Shown here in pieces: positions 12,609 through 23,403 of a DNA stretch of 64,000 nucleotides. Location of the stretch: contig OX337241.1 of the NCBI GenBank assembly GCA_946965045.2, positions 248,001 to 312,000 of the forward strand, written 5' to 3'. Source of the stretch: Epithemia pelagica (taxonomy: Eukaryota > Protista > Bacillariophyta). Numbering within the stretch: the stretch's first letter is position 1; each line of letters starts with the position of its first letter. The notes beneath the pieces are model-generated. The model did no database searches, was not told the origin of the DNA, and saw only the letters and a program-made list of their open reading frames with translations. A program made the translations under genes and the position numbers.

Positions 12609-13754
12609 ATGATGTGGATGCCGTTCTCTAGTAGCCGACGCACTGCTGCTACGGATCTGGAACTTTCGATGCGACAACAGTTGTGTCGTCCCTCAAAACC
12701 AAAATCACACAAAGGAGGAACCGCACCAGTATTCGGTGCACGGGTCCGACGACGCCTGATGACAGGCCTGGTTCTGTGGATGCCACTCCTGGTGGCAACT
12801 ACCACCGTGCCGGGTGTCAGGATGGTATCCGCCCTTGCGGCAACCACCAAAACACCGAGTCCTCGTACGATTTTGATTACCGGTGCCACCGATGGGATTG
12901 GCCAACATACGGCCCAAAAATTGGCGGCCGATGGCAGCGTACATTTACTGGTGCATGGCAAACGCCGTGGTGGTGTGGGAGCAGACTTGGTGGAGGATTT
13001 GAGGCAACGAGGGGCCTTGTCGGCCACGTACTTTGCTGCCAATTTCAACGATTTGACCGAGGTGGAACAATTGGCACGGGACGTCAAGAACCATTTATCC
13101 TCTTCTTCTGATGCGGCTGCCTCGTTGGATGTCTTGATCAACAATGCCGGTATCTTTGATCCTCCGCTTCCGGCCAAGTCCGTACAAGGCTTTGATCAAA
13201 CGTGGGCCGTCAATGTCATGGCTCCCTTTGTCTTGACGCGACGGTTGTTGCCCTTGTTGGCCGCCAGTCACCATGACTGTCCTCGCATTATTACCACCTC
13301 GTCCATTAGTCAATCCTATACACTACCATCGTCCATGGACGAATTGTTTGGAATGGGAACCTTTGCGGAACGGTCCAAATCGGGCCATACGGCCTACAGT
13401 CATTCCAAATTGGGCGATTATTTGTTTACCGTGGAATTGGCCAAACGCTTACAACAATCCTCCAGTCCTCCATTGGCACGCATCAAGTGTTTGACCATGG
13501 ATCCTGGAACGGTCAATACCAAAATGCTCTTGGCCGGATGGGGTCCCTGTGGCATTCCGGTGAAACAAGCGGACAATACCTATCGATTGGCGACCGAGTA
13601 TGGGGCCCAACAAGACTCGGGAACCTATCATTTTGGAGGCAGTGGATCGCCCGATGCTCGGAATCCCGAGAAATTACAGCTTTTGTTTGACACCTTGGAA
13701 GACTGTACCAATTGTTCCTATCGCAATCTGGAACAAGATCTTCATGACATGTAA
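12609..13754 (+). CDS. Short-chain dehydrogenase/reductase (retinol dehydrogenase/WWOX-like); start uncertain (12609 or 12759)
   Basis: TGATDGIG nucleotide-binding motif, DVLINNAG, YSHSK catalytic YxxxK and DPGTVNTKML. Hydrophobic N-terminal segment from M12759 may be a signal peptide. Confidence 0.9.
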   Translation: MMWMPFSSSRRTAATDLELSMRQQLCRPSKPKSHKGGTAPVFGARVRRRLMTGLVLWMPLLVATTTVPGVRMVSALAATTKTPSPRTILITGATDGIGQHTAQKLAADGSVHLLVHGKRRGGVGADLVEDLRQRGALSATYFAANFNDLTEVEQLARDVKNHLSSSSDAAASLDVLINNAGIFDPPLPAKSVQGFDQTWAVNVMAPFVLTRRLLPLLAASHHDCPRIITTSSISQSYTLPSSMDELFGMGTFAERSKSGHTAYSHSKLGDYLFTVELAKRLQQSSSPPLARIKCLTMDPGTVNTKMLLAGWGPCGIPVKQADNTYRLATEYGAQQDSGTYHFGGSGSPDARNPEKLQLLFDTLEDCTNCSYRNLEQDLHDM

Positions 13755-14172
13755 CCGGCCACTGGTTCAGCAAGGAAACACACCGACACTTGCTGATCCA
13801 GCAATGGACACACTTTTGTTTCAGCAATTGCCCATTTCAAGTTTGGATACAAGGAAACCAAGAATTATTCCGTGAAACGAAGAAGAATCAAGCGAGGATT
13901 TTTGGTTCTACTGGACACTTGTTGAAGAGGTTGTGGTGGCGCAACGGACCCATATATTAGGTTCGTATAAGGGAGGCTCTTTCATATCTCCTTGCTCACC
14001 TCTTGGACCTGCCTGCCATCCTTGTAGACGACTAGGTATAAGTGAGATAGAGAGAGTCCGCACAAGGCAGTAATGCTTCCATTCTATGACTGCAAAAAAA
14101 CTTGACGGTCAAATCTTACGAGAGCACACTTGGATGCCACATTTGTTTTTGGTATTAGCATCGTTACGAGGG

Positions 14173-14273
14173 AGAGGAGTGTGTATGAGAGAAAGATAAT
14201 ACCTGCCGATGGAATCTCTCTTAAGAGGAGTGTGTATGAGAGAAAGATAATACCTGCCGATGGAATCTCTCTT
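14173..14273. repeat. Direct tandem repeat, 2 x 50 bp (period 51)
   Basis: agaggagtgtgtatgagagaaagataatacctgccgatggaatctctctt at 14173-14222 and 14224-14273. Confidence 0.95.
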
Positions 14274-14556
14274 GTAGACAAACCCATTCTTGACTACCTT
14301 CCTAGGAAGTGCAGATTCTCTGCTCCTCTAGTAGTCTATCCCGAAGACTTATTGCTATATTCCAATTTCTATCTGTGACCGTATTAGATCGGTCGCTCAT
14401 TGTTTTCGTGCGCCATGTCACGTTGGAACGAGAAAAAATGAACAGTCCACCACAATTATAGAGGATGACCATGACCCAAAGAAGGTTGTCAGCTTGTTCA
14501 TTTCTCCTCTTGTTGCAGTAACGAGAGTTCTGGTTTTCACGCAAGTACCGCAACTC

Positions 14557-16416
14557 ATGAGACGAAGAAACCGGTTCCACCAATGGAGGTTGGTGTGGTT
14601 CGTCTTTGTGGGTGTCGCCATGGTACTACGTGTGATCCAAGTGGTGGTCCAGATCAGTCCGCAAGCCTTGGGAACTGACTTGTCCATGGACATGGCCATT
14701 TTGGAAGAAGAATGGCTTCGGCCTCTCAATACTACTATTAGTACGAGTACAACGGAACTATCATGGTTGGCAGGAGAATCCTCGTCGAAAGAGGCACATC
14801 CAGTGAATGCCACGAATCACAACAACAGCAAGACGACGAACCAGAATCGCAAGATGCCGTTTTCCATTCCAAAGAAAAACAAGGAGGACAACAAGAATGA
14901 CAAGGTCTCAACAGAGCTGTCTACCATGCAACAACTACAACCATCAACGAGGCAAAAGCAACAAGAACAAGAACAACAAGAACAACCTCTAACGTTACCC
15001 CAACAAGAACAGCATGAAATTGTGGATTACGACAATTCGTTTTCGGCCTGTCTCATGATTATGGACGAAAATCATCGCTTGCCAGAATGGCTCGCCTATC
15101 ATTACTACATGATGCCTTTACGCCATGTCGTCTTGTTGGTCGATCCCCGATCGGAAACTTCCCCCATGGACACTGTGCAGCGATGGCGTCCGTACATAAA
15201 GATTGACGTTTGGAACTTTACCGATTTGCATCAATACAAACCCCAGTCCAAAAAACACGCCAATTTGGATTCCTGGGAACGGCATCGACGGGTCCAAAAA
15301 TTCTTTTACACGCAATGTGGTCACTACTTTCGAACCCACAATCGAACCTGGACGACCTTTCATGATGTGGATGAATATATCTATTTGAATCCCTTGAGTG
15401 TCCTGCATGCCACACAGCGTCTCACAGTACCTGGCAACATTCGCCGTTACTTGGAAGAAAGATCCCATGGAACAATATCCTCTCCTACCACAGAAACAAC
15501 AACAAGTGATGGGGCAACCACACGCAAACGAGGACGACACCAACAAGGGACAACAAGAACAACTTCAATGCATCGAACAAAGGGCAAATTATACCAGGCC
15601 ATGCACAAGGATCATTGTATCTTGATGGAACGCAATTATTTTGGTTCTGTTCCCGAGTCGATGGATCGCATTCAACAAGGCGTGCCATCCTTTTTGAATG
15701 CTAGTCACTTTGAAACCTTGTCCTGGCTCCATCGCACGAGCCATACCGATATGGTACTCAATGGCATGGGCAAATCCATTGTGGACGTGTCCGGCCCTCC
15801 CTCTTTGACCTTTACGGGCAATGTGCATCGAATTATACCCTCGTGTTCCGCCCAAACCTTTCCCGTGGGCATGGGTCCCTTGCGCATTCGACATTACCTG
15901 GGCAGTTGGCAAGCCTATGCCAGTCGCAACGATGCCCGTGTCGGTGTGAAACGGAATCGAGAGCGATACTTGTTCGTGGCCACCGTCGGGGAACACGATT
16001 TGCCCGATGATTCGGTTCGACCCTGGCTCGAGGGATTTTGTCGACAATTTCATTGGAATATAACCTTGATTCAATCGCTGCTGCAGGGAAGTGGACAGGT
16101 ACCACCCATTTCGCAACAGGTACGACAAGCGCAATGGTCCATGACACCTCAACAAATTGCCACTGTCATTCAAGAGGGCAAAAACCAAGCATCCCAACAA
16201 CCACAAAACCGTCAACAAGATACACGCTTTGCCAAATGGCTGGAACGACGGTTTGTCGTCCATACCTTGCCCAATGGGACGGTTCAAGTACAAGTACGAA
16301 ACCCTCCTCCTCATCATCATCATCATGCCGCTGCCGTTAATGAATCCATGGCATCGACCTCGTCCAGACCAGACGTTGTGTACGATTTGGAACCCTATCC
16401 CTACTCCTTTGAGTAG
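14557..16416 (+). CDS. Type II membrane glycosyltransferase-like protein (GT92/GT2-like)
   Basis: N-terminal signal anchor, then FSACLMIMDENHRLPEWLAYHY, HVVLLVD, WTTFHDVDEY (DxD), GKSIVDVS and IRHYLGS. Confidence 0.8.
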   Translation: MRRRNRFHQWRLVWFVFVGVAMVLRVIQVVVQISPQALGTDLSMDMAILEEEWLRPLNTTISTSTTELSWLAGESSSKEAHPVNATNHNNSKTTNQNRKMPFSIPKKNKEDNKNDKVSTELSTMQQLQPSTRQKQQEQEQQEQPLTLPQQEQHEIVDYDNSFSACLMIMDENHRLPEWLAYHYYMMPLRHVVLLVDPRSETSPMDTVQRWRPYIKIDVWNFTDLHQYKPQSKKHANLDSWERHRRVQKFFYTQCGHYFRTHNRTWTTFHDVDEYIYLNPLSVLHATQRLTVPGNIRRYLEERSHGTISSPTTETTTSDGATTRKRGRHQQGTTRTTSMHRTKGKLYQAMHKDHCILMERNYFGSVPESMDRIQQGVPSFLNASHFETLSWLHRTSHTDMVLNGMGKSIVDVSGPPSLTFTGNVHRIIPSCSAQTFPVGMGPLRIRHYLGSWQAYASRNDARVGVKRNRERYLFVATVGEHDLPDDSVRPWLEGFCRQFHWNITLIQSLLQGSGQVPPISQQVRQAQWSMTPQQIATVIQEGKNQASQQPQNRQQDTRFAKWLERRFVVHTLPNGTVQVQVRNPPPHHHHHAAAVNESMASTSSRPDVVYDLEPYPYSFE

Positions 16417-16550
16417 CATTCCTTACATGCATATGAAACGGTATGTCCTGGCTCATGACTGGTTGGTTTCTAAATCCAATTGCTCAAAGAAACCACACCA
16501 GCAAAAGGATGGAATGATTTGGAGTATTGGATTGTTGTGACGCCTCCTCC

Positions 16551-16657
16551 TTCTTCTTCTTCTTCTTCTTCTTCTTCTTCTTCTTCTTCTTCTTCTTCTT
16601 CTTCTTCTTCTTCTTCTTCTTCTTCTTCTTCTTCTTCTTCTTCTTCTTCTTCTTCTT
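16551..16657. repeat. (TTC)n microsatellite, about 35 units
   Basis: Uninterrupted TTC run of 107 nt in intergenic DNA. Confidence 0.98.
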
Positions 16658-17254
16658 GTTATTTTATAGGAGGGATGAGTGGGTGACTATAACATGGTCC
16701 TAGCAACATTCCCATGATGCACCACAGGCAACCGCAAAGGACCACACGATGCAGCCTTGTCGTTGTCGTCGTCTCGTAGAGCGACCGTTTCTACTTCACC
16801 AGCCACATGGTTGGGACCATGACACGTCCGCCTGTTGTCATGCCGAGAAACAAAACAGCTCGTATCTCGTATGCATTCATTGTGAAGAAGACTCTGAAGA
16901 GCCATCCCTGGTGAGTTCCATTCGGTATCGACACTTGTCTCCTTACGCATCCACATGGGAAGATTCCTAGGGAGATCGTTGTTCCTTGAACTATTACCTC
17001 TACTAGGTAGCTATACTGGTAGAGCAGTATTCGACCCAGGAGTTTTCGCGACCCCCCATTCCCATTGCGACAAGGATTGTCGTGGCCTTGTAAGATAACG
17101 AGGCCCAATATAATAGGGGGCCCAAAACGCGGGGCGGCAAGCTCCTATTGTACCTGCCTCTCCATATATCATACTGTCCAATCTTACCGCGGTTCGCCGA
17201 AGCAAAAAGTGTTTTCTTGTTTTCCATTTAGATATATGTTAGATATGTTTGTCG

Positions 17255-20239
17255 ATGAGCTGTGTTTCTGTTTCCACAAAAGGGCCACCAAAACAACAAC
17301 AACAACAACAAAGAGGAAGGGACTTGGGAGTCATAGTTTCACCACCAGAAGAAGGGGAGAACGACAACAACCACAACGTGAAGGGTTCCATGGCGGGCAA
17401 ACCCCAACAGCATGATGATGATGACGGCTTGCAATCCACCAGTCGAACCAGCAACAACGAAAACAGACTACTACAGCATGCAACGACGTTTGAACCTATC
17501 AAGAGGTGGTCATTGGTGGTCGTTGTCACCATTGTCGTAGTTCTGGGCCGAGTCCGTGCCACCACGACTTGTACTCACCACCTGGTGGAGGAGGAGGTGT
17601 GTCCCAATTCCGCAGTATCCTCCTCCTCCTCCTCGTCGTCGTACGACGACCCCCAGCAATCATTTCAATGTAAGTATCCTACACATAAAGAAAGTTGTAC
17701 GGCCTATTCAAAGAATACACTGTGCCTCTCGAAAGACAAAATCCTGCAACCGGTGGAACGAAAGACACGTAACGGGCGCAACCATTGTGTTGTTCGTTGC
17801 CAGATTCAGAGAGAGCGAGAGAGTCCTGTTGCTTACACTTTTGTGTATTTTCTTGGTTTTGCGGAACCAAAGGTTCTATTTACATGGCTCCCTCCTCTCT
17901 CAAGGGAGCCGAAGACGGCTTTGGAGTTTATACGACGCGTCGTATTCGCAGGAATCAAGCCTTGTTGCAATCGGGTTTGCCCGATGCACCTTCGATTCCC
18001 GTCTTGGACTATGAATTTCTGCCTCTCAGCACCAGTACGACGACAAAACCAAACAACAACCACAAGGATCCAGACGATAATACGACGCAACAAACGACAG
18101 TTCAACAAGAAGAATTGCTGGAAATTCGTCGGGCTCGCCGACAATTTATAGGATTGTTTGACAATTATTGGTGGGGACGTGGCAAACCCGATCATGTCAG
18201 TTTCTTGACCCATGGATCATCCATTGATTTTCAAATCACCTTTGGGAGTTTGCCCAATCACCATTGTGTTTTGGATGCTGTAGAGGCCTTTTACCCACAC
18301 AGTCGCAATGCCGACGGCTATGCTCCCCATGACGATTCCTATGATCGGCAACAACAACACCACCATTCGTCGTCCGTGTCCTCTCGTAATGGTGCCAATC
18401 CCACGACAAGAACCCTTTTACTAGCGGGTGCCATTTCGTATCACAATGGTCGCAATTTTACCGCTCGCCGAACGGTCGAAGCCGGAGAAGAATTGTTTTT
18501 GAATTATGGACATTGCGATCCGCATCCAAATGTCTTTGATTTTCCAAAGCATGCTAATTCCTGGCAGAGACACATTCCCGTTCCAGACGATTTTCAACAC
18601 GTCGTGAACCTGCTTCAAACCCACTATCGGCCATGGTTACAAAAGCAACAACAACAACAACAACAACAACAAGAGAACCACGAAGATCGAACCGCCAATC
18701 AGCTGTCGTTGATCAACGTCCGCAATCCGTTGGTGCAACGACTTTTGCCGAAAACACGCGCCGAGTTGGAACGTGTCTTGTTGGGCTATACAGACGACAC
18801 GGACGAAACCATGTCCTCCTCCTTGCTGTACCGGGTCGTTCGATCTGTGAAACGTGTCTTCTGGATGGGCTCTAAACAAGAAAACACCGACAACAATGAC
18901 AAGTCCTCATTGCGGATGTTGCAACGGGTGGCCCGATACTTGGGAACGACACCACGGTCCGTCGAATGGATTGTGTTTGGAACAGTTGGTGGCCAAACCC
19001 AGTACCATACCCTATGCGGGCCGTGGTGCCTTTACCCAACAGGCCATTGCCCAAGGCCAAGTGATTGTTCCGGCACCCATTTTGCACATTGTGGATAAAC
19101 GAGCCTTGAATGTGTACACACGCGACGGACAAGAGCAACAACAGCAATTGCTCTTGAATTATTGCATTGGACATGCCGAATCGTCTGTCTTGCTGTGTCC
19201 CAATACCAATGCAATTCTTATCAATCATTATCGAAAATGGTTTCCGGCCTATCAAGCACTGGATGGCCACGACGCATCATGGTCACAACAAGATCACAAG
19301 AAGGAGGATGAGGAGGATGGTCCTAATGCACGATTTCAATGGTCCACGCACGATCGGAGGAGTGACCAATGGAGGAAACTGACTGTGGACCAATTGTGGA
19401 ATTCTTCAACCGGAGGACAACGCGGCTTGTTTATGGAGGTGGTAGCCTTGCGTGATATTGCGGAAGGAGAAGAAGTCACGGTCGATTACGGTCCCGACTG
19501 GGAACGGGCCTGGAATCAACATGTGGAACGACACGTCCAGCGACAAGAAGCGGAGCACCGCCCTTCAACTAACGCAGAACGGTCGGAAATGGCGCCGTCG
19601 AGTCATGATGAATTCTGGAAGATGAGCATACAAGTGGCGAATGAACAAGAAATCATTCAGTTGCAATCGGGTGATTTGCGCAAAACTACCTGGCACGAGA
19701 ATGACTACTTGTTTACCGGTTGTGAATATGACGTTGATGACGAATGGGACAAGAGCAAAGTATTTCGAGAGGCCCGCCCCGACTGGCCCAATCTGGACAA
19801 TGAGACCTTGCTCCGTCTGTTTTCCCACAATGCCATGGAATCCGACTTCTACAATGGAGACGATAACAAGGTTCAAGACGCCAATGGTACATGGCACTTT
19901 TCATCACCGGCTCTCATGTATTCTACACACGGTGATGAATTGTTTTGGCCCTGCACCGTAATTGGTCTTTCATCATCGTCTTCCGAGGGTACTAATTCAA
20001 CCTATACCGTTCGCATTCACCAGCGCGAGGACCAACAGACTCCGCCATGGGCAAAGAATGAGTTGCCCCGATTCTTGACGAATTTCCCCCGGAATGCGAT
20101 TCATTACTTTGTCAAGCCACAGGCTAGTGACCAACAGCATCCAGAGGCGTTTCGACACTTTATTGGTTTGCCACCATCCAACGCCGGGGATGGTAAAGAA
20201 CGTACGACGTTTCCGGAGCAATGGAAGAATTTACGATAG
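17255..20239 (+). CDS. Membrane/secreted double SET-like domain protein; intron 17670-17872 and an apparent frameshift near 18965
   Basis: GTAAGT donor at 17670 and AG acceptor at 17872 join to give QCSIYMAPSSLKG..FGVYTT. SET motifs GSLPNHH and FTARRTVEAGEELFLNYG; second SET STIPYAGRGAF, ILINH and VALRDIAEGEEVTVDYG. Reading frame changes at RSVEW/NGLCLE. Confidence 0.75.
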
Positions 20240-20741
20240 AGCTATTTCAGCTCTGTGACAATGGCTTCCGTAGAATGGTGAAAAGAGAACCGAATAGAAC
20301 ATAAAGATGGGTGGGGCCGTTGCACAATCAGGGAGCTGCCTAACTCATGTTCATCCCATTGAATCTCTAGATCCCGTCGGCAATCGAAGATGCACGCCGT
20401 CCGTGAACTGTGCGTTCTAGTCTATTATCCCTTCCCTTTGATGAGCTATTCTCTGTTTTGACACTCGTCATAAATCATGCTCCCTCCAAGTTCAAGGCAT
20501 TTCATGAATCACGAATATTGATGCTAACATATATTGAGAAGTTACGCTATGTGACGCCGACTAGGTTCAAACGATAACAATGATGAACGCATCAAAGAAT
20601 ACGAGACTGTAGTTCAGACGATACTCCATATAAACAACAGCATGCGACGCAACAAGCTAGAATCATACACAACCATAACTTCAAACCCTTTTGGCCATTC
20701 CCTGCCTCTTTGGTAGTTGCGGTGCTGCAACGACTATACTC

Positions 20742-22433
20742 CTACGACAAATCCCCATTGGCATCTCCACTACTTGGTGGAGCGACGGACGGTGTTGATG
20801 ATGACGGCGACAAGTTCCCCATGGCGTCTTGTTCTTGCAAGGACGGTGGTGCTTCTAAATGAACTTCCTTGAGAATCCCAATGCCTCGCACATGCCCCTC
20901 ACGTAAAATGACTCGCATTCCTTTCCGAATGTATTGTGGTCCTTGCAAAAAGGAAAAGACGGCACGTGCTCGTTGTCCAGGTCGCAACACGGTAGGTTGT
21001 GTTTTGGAGGCATCACGCGCCATGGCACGTCGTGTGGTGGTGGTTTCTGTAGTAGTAGAAGCTACCGCTGCGGCACCCGTGGCGTTGACATGAAGAATTT
21101 GAAAGTCTTCCAATCGGCACGTTTGTTTCAAATGCAAGATATGCATGGTCGTTTGGGTTTGTCCTCGCACCATGGTGACAGCGTCGCCCTTGGCCAAACA
21201 AATCTCGGCCGTAAAGGCTACAGCCGGTGGCGTCAAGGGTTCCTTTTGCATGACCATACCCTTTCGGGACAAGAGTCGTCGTTGTGGTTTGGTCAAGGCC
21301 ACGGCAAAGCAGGCGGCATGACCGGCCCAGACACGATCGACCAAGGTTTGGGCGACATGAATGGATTTGGCGACCGTTTTCATAAAGGTGGCATCTTTGA
21401 GGGGTCCAATATACAAGGTATCGCCCTTGTTGGCATGACCGGCATTGACAAAGCCCGACAAGACGGTTCCGACACCCGTCACATTGAAAATTTCTTCAAT
21501 CAAAAATTCAAACGGACGATCGTGCTTTTTGGAATGGATCCGACGTTTGGGTACCGTCCACAACAATTGTCGGACCAACTCCAATCCATTGCCCGTGACA
21601 CAGGAACATTCCAAAATGGGTGCCACGGCATGCGTCTTGTCACGTACCACGGACAAATCGTCGGTACTCCGTACGGCAAAGGGTTTTTTGCCAATATCCG
21701 GTGCTCTCAATGCTTGAGCAATGCGTTGTCGAGAATGCTTCAACACATTGGGTGGTGCCGCATCGACTTTGGTAATGACGACAATGACTGGAATACCACA
21801 CATGTGACAGAGGGACAAATGATGGACCGTCATGTAGGTTAAACCCTGAGAGGCATTGACCAAGACCAGGGCATAGTCGGCCATGCCTCGCGACAATCCA
21901 GCAATGGTGGTTTTGAAATACTTTTCGTGTCCAGCCAAATCGATCAAACTCACAGTTCGTGATTGGGCTTGTTTGGCCACATAGCGTTCGGCATAACGAC
22001 CAACACTCTTTGGAGGAATCACAGTTTGGCCGTGTTTGTCGTAGGCCAACAAGTGACTGGTAATTGTACTGGTCCGTCCGGATTCAACCTCATGCTTGAA
22101 CTTCGATACAAGCAAACGATTGGATCCATTGCCATCGTCTAGTTTGGAATGACACAAGGTCCCAATCAAGGTGGATTTACCGGCATCGACATTACCCACA
22201 ACGGCTACTCGTAAATGAAGATTGGACAAGAGTTCCAAAATATGACTCTGAGGATCCTCGTCCGTCGACGGTAACGACGAGGAAAGGAGACTTGTTGTTG
22301 TATTCAAGCTTGCCTTGTCCTCGGGTTCCTTCATCAGGTCGTCGGACGATGAGGAATGGGCCTCCTTCTTTTCAACCTCCTTCGCCACCACCATCTCTTC
22401 TTGTGGCTGTGGTGATGATGCGTGAGGCGACAT
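20742..22433 (-). CDS. GTPBP2: GTP-binding protein 1/2 family translational GTPase (563 aa)
   Basis: RVAVVGNVDAGKSTL (G1), KHEVESGRTSTI (G2), LIDLAGHEKYFKTT (G3), VITKVD (G4), followed by EF-Tu-like beta-barrel domains II/III. Confidence 0.92.
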   Translation of the reverse strand: MSPHASSPQPQEEMVVAKEVEKKEAHSSSSDDLMKEPEDKASLNTTTSLLSSSLPSTDEDPQSHILELLSNLHLRVAVVGNVDAGKSTLIGTLCHSKLDDGNGSNRLLVSKFKHEVESGRTSTITSHLLAYDKHGQTVIPPKSVGRYAERYVAKQAQSRTVSLIDLAGHEKYFKTTIAGLSRGMADYALVLVNASQGLTYMTVHHLSLCHMCGIPVIVVITKVDAAPPNVLKHSRQRIAQALRAPDIGKKPFAVRSTDDLSVVRDKTHAVAPILECSCVTGNGLELVRQLLWTVPKRRIHSKKHDRPFEFLIEEIFNVTGVGTVLSGFVNAGHANKGDTLYIGPLKDATFMKTVAKSIHVAQTLVDRVWAGHAACFAVALTKPQRRLLSRKGMVMQKEPLTPPAVAFTAEICLAKGDAVTMVRGQTQTTMHILHLKQTCRLEDFQILHVNATGAAAVASTTTETTTTRRAMARDASKTQPTVLRPGQRARAVFSFLQGPQYIRKGMRVILREGHVRGIGILKEVHLEAPPSLQEQDAMGNLSPSSSTPSVAPPSSGDANGDLS

Positions 22434-23403
22434 GAGAGAGAAAAAGAATGAGTTGGCTTCTCTCTTTCGGACTTGGGTCTTTGACGTTGAGGTGCAAACA
22501 ATCGGAAGAATGTGATTGCTTCTTGATGTATACGGTTGTCTTGAAAGTTTAGTTCTGCAGTAGTAGGTGATGCCTTGGAGCTTCTGCTAATAACAGGACC
22601 GATTCGGAGGAGTATGATAATAAGGATAATAACCTTGGTTCTAACTGCCTTGGTCGTAATAATCGGTGTTCTGCGTCGTAGTCGTTAATGATCGTAGTGT
22701 TCGTTGTGTTGTTGTTCCAAAAGATCTCGTCCATTGCCATGCACCGGTCGAGAGGAGGGAAAAAAGAGGCTTTTTTCTTCTTCTTCTTCTAGCTCCAACA
22801 GGGGACGCCAAAAGCAAAACCGTATAGAGCAATAATAAGAATTCGATCCACAAACAGAGAGTATCAATCTCTCTCTCTCGATAACAGTAGCAAGAACAAC
22901 AACAACCAGACTGGAGACTTGAGAGAGAGTTCCAGAACAGCAAAACAAAAGGGGATTGATTCAAAACAGCAACGTCCCAAAAGGAATGCTTGCAAGCACA
23001 GAATCGTTCCAAAGATGAAAACAAGGAGGGGGGTCTTTCAAAACACCAAACAGATATGTGATGTCTCGTCGTTCTGCTTCTTTTGCCGACAAAGATCGCT
23101 GTCGATGGATCTTTTTTTGGCATCGGTCTCGTCTACTTTTTACATCATAGTGGTTTTCTGCCAAACTGATTGGACTGAGATGGCGCCGCACCCGGATTGC
23201 GGGTGGGGATGTAAGGAGCTATGATGGAAGGAGACGTTCGTGAATCGTCGCTTATTTCATAGTTATGCTACATCTAACAACCACCACAGAAATCTCTCGA
23301 CGCTATAAACTTTTCAGTATGTAAAAAATATGGAGTATAGAGTCCATGCATATTACGAGAGAGGTTTACGACTACGGTTCTCCTAGATTGTGGGATTGTT
23401 TGA

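Noticed and set aside
16551-16657. Poly-Ser coding exon (ORF 16480-16686)
   Set aside because: The ORF is produced by the TTC microsatellite downstream of the glycosyltransferase stop.
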